Part shown: positions 27,704 to 32,000 of the stretch, piece by piece
How positions within the stretch are numbered: the first letter of the stretch is position 1
Layout: each line of letters begins with the position of its first letter
NCBI GenBank assembly: GCA_002392285.1
Contig: DGGR01000022.1
Coordinates: 1-32,000 of the forward strand
Direction: 5' to 3'
DNA: 32,000 nucleotides
Source of the DNA: Verrucomicrobia bacterium UBA3869
GTDB lineage: Bacteria; Verrucomicrobiota; Verrucomicrobiia; Opitutales; UBA9783
Notes under the pieces: generated by a model
The model's input: only the letters and a program-made list of their open reading frames with translations
What the model was told of the DNA's origin: nothing
The model's database searches: none
Position numbers and translations under genes: made by a program

Positions 27704-28969
27704 ATGATGAATGCTTACACAGGTATTTCAGGGGAATCATTAGCGGTAATCGATCCAGAAATAGCACGCTGTATTCAGCAAGAAAAGCGGCGCCAAAATG
27801 AGGGGCTTGAGCTGATTGCATCGGAAAACTTTACCTTGCCAGCCATTATGGAAGCGGTTGGGAGTGTATTGACCAATAAATACTGCGAGGGCTATCCGCG
27901 CAAACGCTATTATGGAGGATGCGAGTATGCTGATCAAATAGAACAATTGGCCATTGATCGCGCAAAGCAGTTGTTCGGGGCAGAGCATGCGAATGTACAA
28001 CCGCATTCGGGCACTCAAGCGAATTTGGCAGTTTATTTGTCAGTTTTAAAGCCTGGGGATACCTTGTTGACCATGCGCTTGGATTGTGGCGGTCACTTGT
28101 CCCATGGCTACGCTAAAAACGCGAGCGGTATGCTATTTAAAGTTATCCATTATGGGGTGGATTTAACAAGCGGCCGCATTGATTATGATGAGTTAGAGGC
28201 GGTTGCGATGCGCGAAAAACCAGCCATGATTACTGTAGGAGCTTCGGCTTATCCGCGTATCATCGATTTTGAACGCATGGGAGCAATCGCAAAAGCGTGT
28301 GGTGCCTATTTAATGGCGGATATTGCGCATATAGCAGGATTAGTTGCTGCAGGTATTCATCCATCGCCCGTTCCGTATGCAGATTTTGTTACTACTACGA
28401 CCCATAAAACCTTACGGGGACCGCGCGGAGGACTGGTTCTTTGCAAGGAACAGTATGCAAAGGCGTTGGATTCAATGGTATTTCCTGGGATTCAAGGCGG
28501 ACCGTTGATGCACGTGATTGCCGGCAAGGCAGTATGTTTTAAGGAAGCCTTACAGCCGGAATTTAAACAATATCAACAGCAGATTATTAAGAATACGGCT
28601 TGTTTAGCGGAAGCAATGCACAAAAAAGGTTATGCCTTGGTCAGTGGAGGAACGGACAATCATCTGTTTTTAATCGATTTGCGTCCATCGCGTCCTGATT
28701 TAAGCGGTAAGCAAGCGCAGAATTTATTAGAAGCCAATAAGATTACGGTTAATCGCAATACAATTCCTGGCGAAACCCGCAGCCCGTTTGAAACGAGTGG
28801 GTTACGTATTGGAACGGCTGCGTTGACTTCGCGAGGCATGGGGTGCGCTGAAATGGAAACCATTGCTGATTTAATGGATCAAACCCTACAGGAAGGTAAA
28901 GCGGAAGGAAATGCGGCGATTCGTGAGCAGGTAAAGGCGTTGTGCGAAACTTACCCTCTGCCTTATTAA
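27704..28969 (+). CDS. glyA: serine hydroxymethyltransferase
   Basis: 421 aa. [22 protein letters not shown], and PLP-lysine motif [14 protein letters not shown]. Confidence 0.97.
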   Translation: MMNAYTGISGESLAVIDPEIARCIQQEKRRQNEGLELIASENFTLPAIMEAVGSVLTNKYCEGYPRKRYYGGCEYADQIEQLAIDRAKQLFGAEHANVQPHSGTQANLAVYLSVLKPGDTLLTMRLDCGGHLSHGYAKNASGMLFKVIHYGVDLTSGRIDYDELEAVAMREKPAMITVGASAYPRIIDFERMGAIAKACGAYLMADIAHIAGLVAAGIHPSPVPYADFVTTTTHKTLRGPRGGLVLCKEQYAKALDSMVFPGIQGGPLMHVIAGKAVCFKEALQPEFKQYQQQIIKNTACLAEAMHKKGYALVSGGTDNHLFLIDLRPSRPDLSGKQAQNLLEANKITVNRNTIPGETRSPFETSGLRIGTAALTSRGMGCAEMETIADLMDQTLQEGKAEGNAAIREQVKALCETYPLPY

Positions 28970-28990
28970 TAACGGTTGTGAGGCAAACAA

Positions 28991-29629
28991 GTGAGTGAAG
29001 CTATGGGAGCCCTAATTGTATTTGAAGGTGGAGATGGATGTGGAAAAACAACCCAAGTCCAGTTGTTGGCGGAACGCTTAAAAAAAAACCATCAAATTTT
29101 ACTGATGCGTGAGCCGGGTGGAACGGATGTCAGTGAAGCTATACGCGAAATTTTACTCAACCCAAAACTTTCGGTTAAACCCGAGGCGGAATTGTTGCTT
29201 TTTGCCGCAAGCCGCGCTCAATTGGTTCGCGAACGTATTATTCCAGCATTAAAGATGGGGTTGTTTGTTATTTGCGATCGTTTTGTGGAGTCTACCACAG
29301 TATATCAGGGGATTGCGCGGCATATGGGGTTGCAAGCGGTTGAAGCGGTAAACAAAATTGCCTTGGGGGACTTAGTTCCGACGGTAACGTTTTTACTGAA
29401 CGTTCCTTGTCAGACCAGCCGACAGCGTATTTTTTTACGCAACGGGGCTGATTTTGGCTTGGATCGTATGGAGCGTGAGGATTTTTCGTTCGATGGATCG
29501 ATCCAAAATGGTTATTTGGAGTTAGCAAAACAACATCCGGATCGTATGGTGGTAGTCGATGGTACGCCCGATCCAAAGGTTGTTTCTGATACCATTTGGG
29601 AGCATTTGAAGGCAAGGGGCTTAGTGTGA
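28991..29629 (+). CDS. tmk: thymidylate kinase
   Basis: 212 aa. P-loop IVFEGGDGCGKTT, REPGGT, DRF..ST.VYQG. GTG 28991 has GAGG 7 nt upstream. ATG 29003 is an alternative start. Confidence 0.9.
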   Translation: MSEAMGALIVFEGGDGCGKTTQVQLLAERLKKNHQILLMREPGGTDVSEAIREILLNPKLSVKPEAELLLFAASRAQLVRERIIPALKMGLFVICDRFVESTTVYQGIARHMGLQAVEAVNKIALGDLVPTVTFLLNVPCQTSRQRIFLRNGADFGLDRMEREDFSFDGSIQNGYLELAKQHPDRMVVVDGTPDPKVVSDTIWEHLKARGLV

Positions 29630-30462
29630 TCGATCTGAAACAGTATTGGGCTAAAGTGCCACAAAGTGTATTGCTGTCAGGTGGGGTGTTTACGGAGGTA
29701 AGCGCGTTTGCTGAACAATGGGCTGCCAATATCATGCAAACGTCGTGCGAAACGGTGCGGCAGCATCCGAATTTCCGTGCGCTTTATCCGGTCAATAGGA
29801 TGCGCCAAATTTCCGTTGATGCTTTGCGTGCATTGATTCACTGGGTTTATACCAGCGCTCAAGGGAATAAGGTGTGTATGATTTACGAAGCGGATCGCTT
29901 GAATCTTGCGGCTGCCAATGCCTTATTGAAGGTGTTGGAGGAGCCGGCAGAACATACCTCGATTTTTTTGTTAACGCAACGCCCATATGATCTGTTACCG
30001 ACGGTGCGCAGCCGTTGTTGGTGGGTTCAATTGCCTTCGGATGGGGCTTTGGCATCGTCCGACAATGTTTTACAGGGGTGTTTGACCGATTTAAGCCAGT
30101 ACGTAACGGATTACCTAGAGCAAGGAGTTCCTCTAGATCCGTTGAAGGTTTATGGGCTGCTGTACCGTTTCCAGGGGTACTTAAACCATCAAATTGAGCA
30201 AGTTGAAGTAGAAGGTACTTTGTTAGAAGCAGAAGAGAAGGTAGGACAGCAAGCTCGGATGGAAAAGCAGTGGGTGCAGCAATTGTTTACGGAAGTAGAG
30301 CGTACTTTGAACGCCTGGGTTCATGAACATGCCCTTTCGGCACTTGGCAGGGTGCGTTATGCGCAATGGGTAAGTGATTTAGAAAAAGCTTACCGACGAA
30401 CGGAGGTAAATTTTGGTGCTATTGCCTCTTTAGAATCTTTTTTGTTAACTTTGTGTGTTTGA
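29596..30462 (+). CDS. holB: DNA polymerase III delta-prime subunit
   Basis: AANALLKVLEEPAEHTSIFLL and LLPTVRSRC are clamp-loader delta-prime motifs, and the Walker A is degenerate, as expected. The track start at 29596 is TTG with a 34-nt overlap of tmk. GTG 29626 (GTGA overlap with the tmk stop) is an equally plausible start. Confidence 0.75.
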   Translation: MGAFEGKGLSVIDLKQYWAKVPQSVLLSGGVFTEVSAFAEQWAANIMQTSCETVRQHPNFRALYPVNRMRQISVDALRALIHWVYTSAQGNKVCMIYEADRLNLAAANALLKVLEEPAEHTSIFLLTQRPYDLLPTVRSRCWWVQLPSDGALASSDNVLQGCLTDLSQYVTDYLEQGVPLDPLKVYGLLYRFQGYLNHQIEQVEVEGTLLEAEEKVGQQARMEKQWVQQLFTEVERTLNAWVHEHALSALGRVRYAQWVSDLEKAYRRTEVNFGAIASLESFLLTLCV

Positions 30463-30465
30463 TTT

Positions 30466-31419
30466 ATGAATACGTTAGAAGCTTTGCAGCGCTATACACG
30501 CGTCGTTGCCGATACGGGTCAGGTAGATGAAATTCGTCAATTGCATCCGGAGGAAGCTACCACTAATCCCAGTTTGTTGCTCAAAGTATTTCAGTCGGAC
30601 TCCGGTAACCAGCTGTTGGATAAGGTTTATGAGGCGTTGAAAGCCAAACGTAAATCCGTACCGTCGGTGTCGGATATTGCCCAAATGGCTTTAGTATGGG
30701 TTGCAAAAGATATTTTGTCGTGCATCTCAGGACGAGTCTCTATTGAGATAGAAGCGCGCCTTTCCTTCGATACGCAAGCGATGATACAAGCTGCTAAGCA
30801 TTTAGTTCAATCCTGTAAGGATTTTGGTATCGATACCCACCGTATTTTGATTAAAATCGCTGCTACTTGGGAAGGAATCCAGGCTGCGCGTGAATTGGAA
30901 GATTTGGGAATTGCCTGCAATGCCACCTTGATTTTTCATGAACAGCAGGCGTTGGCATGTGCTCAGGCAGGCGTTACCTTGATTTCGCCCTTTGTCGGCC
31001 GTATTTACGATTGGTATGTAGCGCGAGGATTGTGGAAAAAAGGCGAGGTTGACCCAGGTGTGCAATCCGTACAGCGTATTTTTACCTTGTTAAAATCCCA
31101 AGGGTACAAAACCGAGATTATGGGTGCGAGTTTTCGCAATATTCAGGAAATTTTGTCCTTAGTAGGATGCGACCGGTTGACGATTGCGCCGAAATTTTTG
31201 AAGCAGCTAGCGGAATCAACGGAGTCTGCAGAACTCAAATTGAAAGCGCCTGCGTTGGCTAAAGAAAAGTTGCCGCCGGTAACCGAAGCAGCCTTTCGTT
31301 GGGCTTTAAATCAGGATCCAATGGCGACTGAAAAATTATCTGACGGTATCCGTTCGTTTGCTCAGGATGGCGTTAAATTGGAGCAGTTGATTCAGGAGTA
31401 TTTAGATAATAAAGCTTAG
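30466..31419 (+). CDS. tal: transaldolase (TalB type)
   Basis: 317 aa. LEALQRYTRVVADTGQVDEI....PEEATTNPSLLLK, Schiff-base lysine context ILIKIAATWEGIQA, and ISPFVGRIYDW. Confidence 0.9.
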   Translation: MNTLEALQRYTRVVADTGQVDEIRQLHPEEATTNPSLLLKVFQSDSGNQLLDKVYEALKAKRKSVPSVSDIAQMALVWVAKDILSCISGRVSIEIEARLSFDTQAMIQAAKHLVQSCKDFGIDTHRILIKIAATWEGIQAARELEDLGIACNATLIFHEQQALACAQAGVTLISPFVGRIYDWYVARGLWKKGEVDPGVQSVQRIFTLLKSQGYKTEIMGASFRNIQEILSLVGCDRLTIAPKFLKQLAESTESAELKLKAPALAKEKLPPVTEAAFRWALNQDPMATEKLSDGIRSFAQDGVKLEQLIQEYLDNKA

Positions 31420-31445
31420 CTTAGCAATCAATGCAGTGAATACTT

Positions 31446-32000
31446 ATGAAGAACTTTTTCATTACCACTCCCATTTATTACCCGTCTGGAAATCCGCACA
31501 TTGGGCATTGTTACACAACGGTAGCGTGCGATGTGATTGCGCGGTATCATCGGATGAGGGGCGATAAGGTTCTGTTTTTAACCGGAACGGATGAGCATGG
31601 ATTAAAAATTGAGCAAAAAGCGACGCAGGAAGGGATTACCCCGCAAGCGTACGTTGACCGCATAACAGATAGCTTTAAGCAGGTATGGGAGTTATTGAAT
31701 ATCAGCTATGACCGTTTTGTACGTACGACCGATGCCTATCATGTAAAAACGGTACAGGCGGTGTTTCAGAAGCTATGCGACCGTGGATTTATTTATAAAG
31801 GAACATATACTGGTCAATACTGTACGCCGTGCGAAACCTTTTGGCCAGCCAAACAATTGGTTAATGGGCGCTGTCCGGATTGCGGGCGCGAGGTGATTGA
31901 TGCCAGCGAAGAAGCGTACTTTTTTAAACTTTCTCAGTTTACCGACCGCTTGGAGCATTTGCTGCTGAACACGGATTATTTGCAGCCAAAATCCCGTGCG
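31446..32000 (+). CDS. metG: methionyl-tRNA synthetase (5' part; runs off the window)
   Basis: Absent from the ORF track because there is no stop in the window. Hand translation from ATG 31446 gives MKNFFITTPIYYPSGNPHIGHCYTTVACDVIARYHRMRGDKVLFLTGTDEHG... with a HIGH motif and zinc knuckle CTPCE...CPDCG. It stays open to 32000 (185 codons). Confidence 0.9.
   Translation, partial: MKNFFITTPIYYPSGNPHIGHCYTTVACDVIARYHRMRGDKVLFLTGTDEHGLKIEQKATQEGITPQAYVDRITDSFKQVWELLNISYDRFVRTTDAYHVKTVQAVFQKLCDRGFIYKGTYTGQYCTPCETFWPAKQLVNGRCPDCGREVIDASEEAYFFKLSQFTDRLEHLLLNTDYLQPKSRA

Overview
This window is a 32-kb stretch of chromosome from a diderm, LPS-making bacterium. GC looks mid-40s % by eye (not computed). 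It is tightly packed, and I support 34 protein genes (one truncated at the 3' edge), one tRNA and one clean intrinsic terminator. The genes fall into five strand blocks: + 118-7034, - 7188-16993, + 17056-18322, - 18325-25858, + 26012-32000.

The content is almost entirely core housekeeping:
- Translation: leuS, metG, smpB, tRNA-Glu.
- Replication and transcription: dnaG, rpoD, ligA, holB, rpoZ, HU, xseB.
- Metabolism: glyA, tmk, tal, pntAB/pntB, plsY.
- Envelope and LPS genes, at an unusually high density: lpxI, an LptA/OstA-like protein, lptB, an LptF/G permease, lpxA, a fused lpxC-fabZ, the heptose kinase hldA, a polyprenyl-phosphate sugar-phosphate transferase and a small beta-barrel OMP.

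I saw no transposase, integrase, CRISPR array, restriction or defence genes, toxin-antitoxin pair, long repeat or obvious compositional island. I therefore cannot point to a convincing self-contained novel system, and I rate this as an ordinary core region with a few oddities.

The best leads are:
1. A function-unknown three-Cys DUF5131 (Gp37/Gp68-type) gene sits 4 nt behind lpxI.
2. A double-length LptC/LptA-like protein with a Cys/Trp-rich insert abuts lptB.
3. The DnaG zinc ribbon has lost three of the four canonical Zn ligands.
4. A 354-bp ORF-free structured spacer lies between plsY and the Lpt genes.
5. pntAB-pntB has no adjacent dI (pntAA) gene.
6. Start regions are generally Shine-Dalgarno-poor and possibly leaderless.

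Taxonomy is undetermined. The LpxC-FabZ fusion, LpxI and a ~600-aa sigma-70 argue against typical Proteobacteria or Bacteroidetes and would fit a PVC-type or other deep-branching diderm lineage, but this is inference only.
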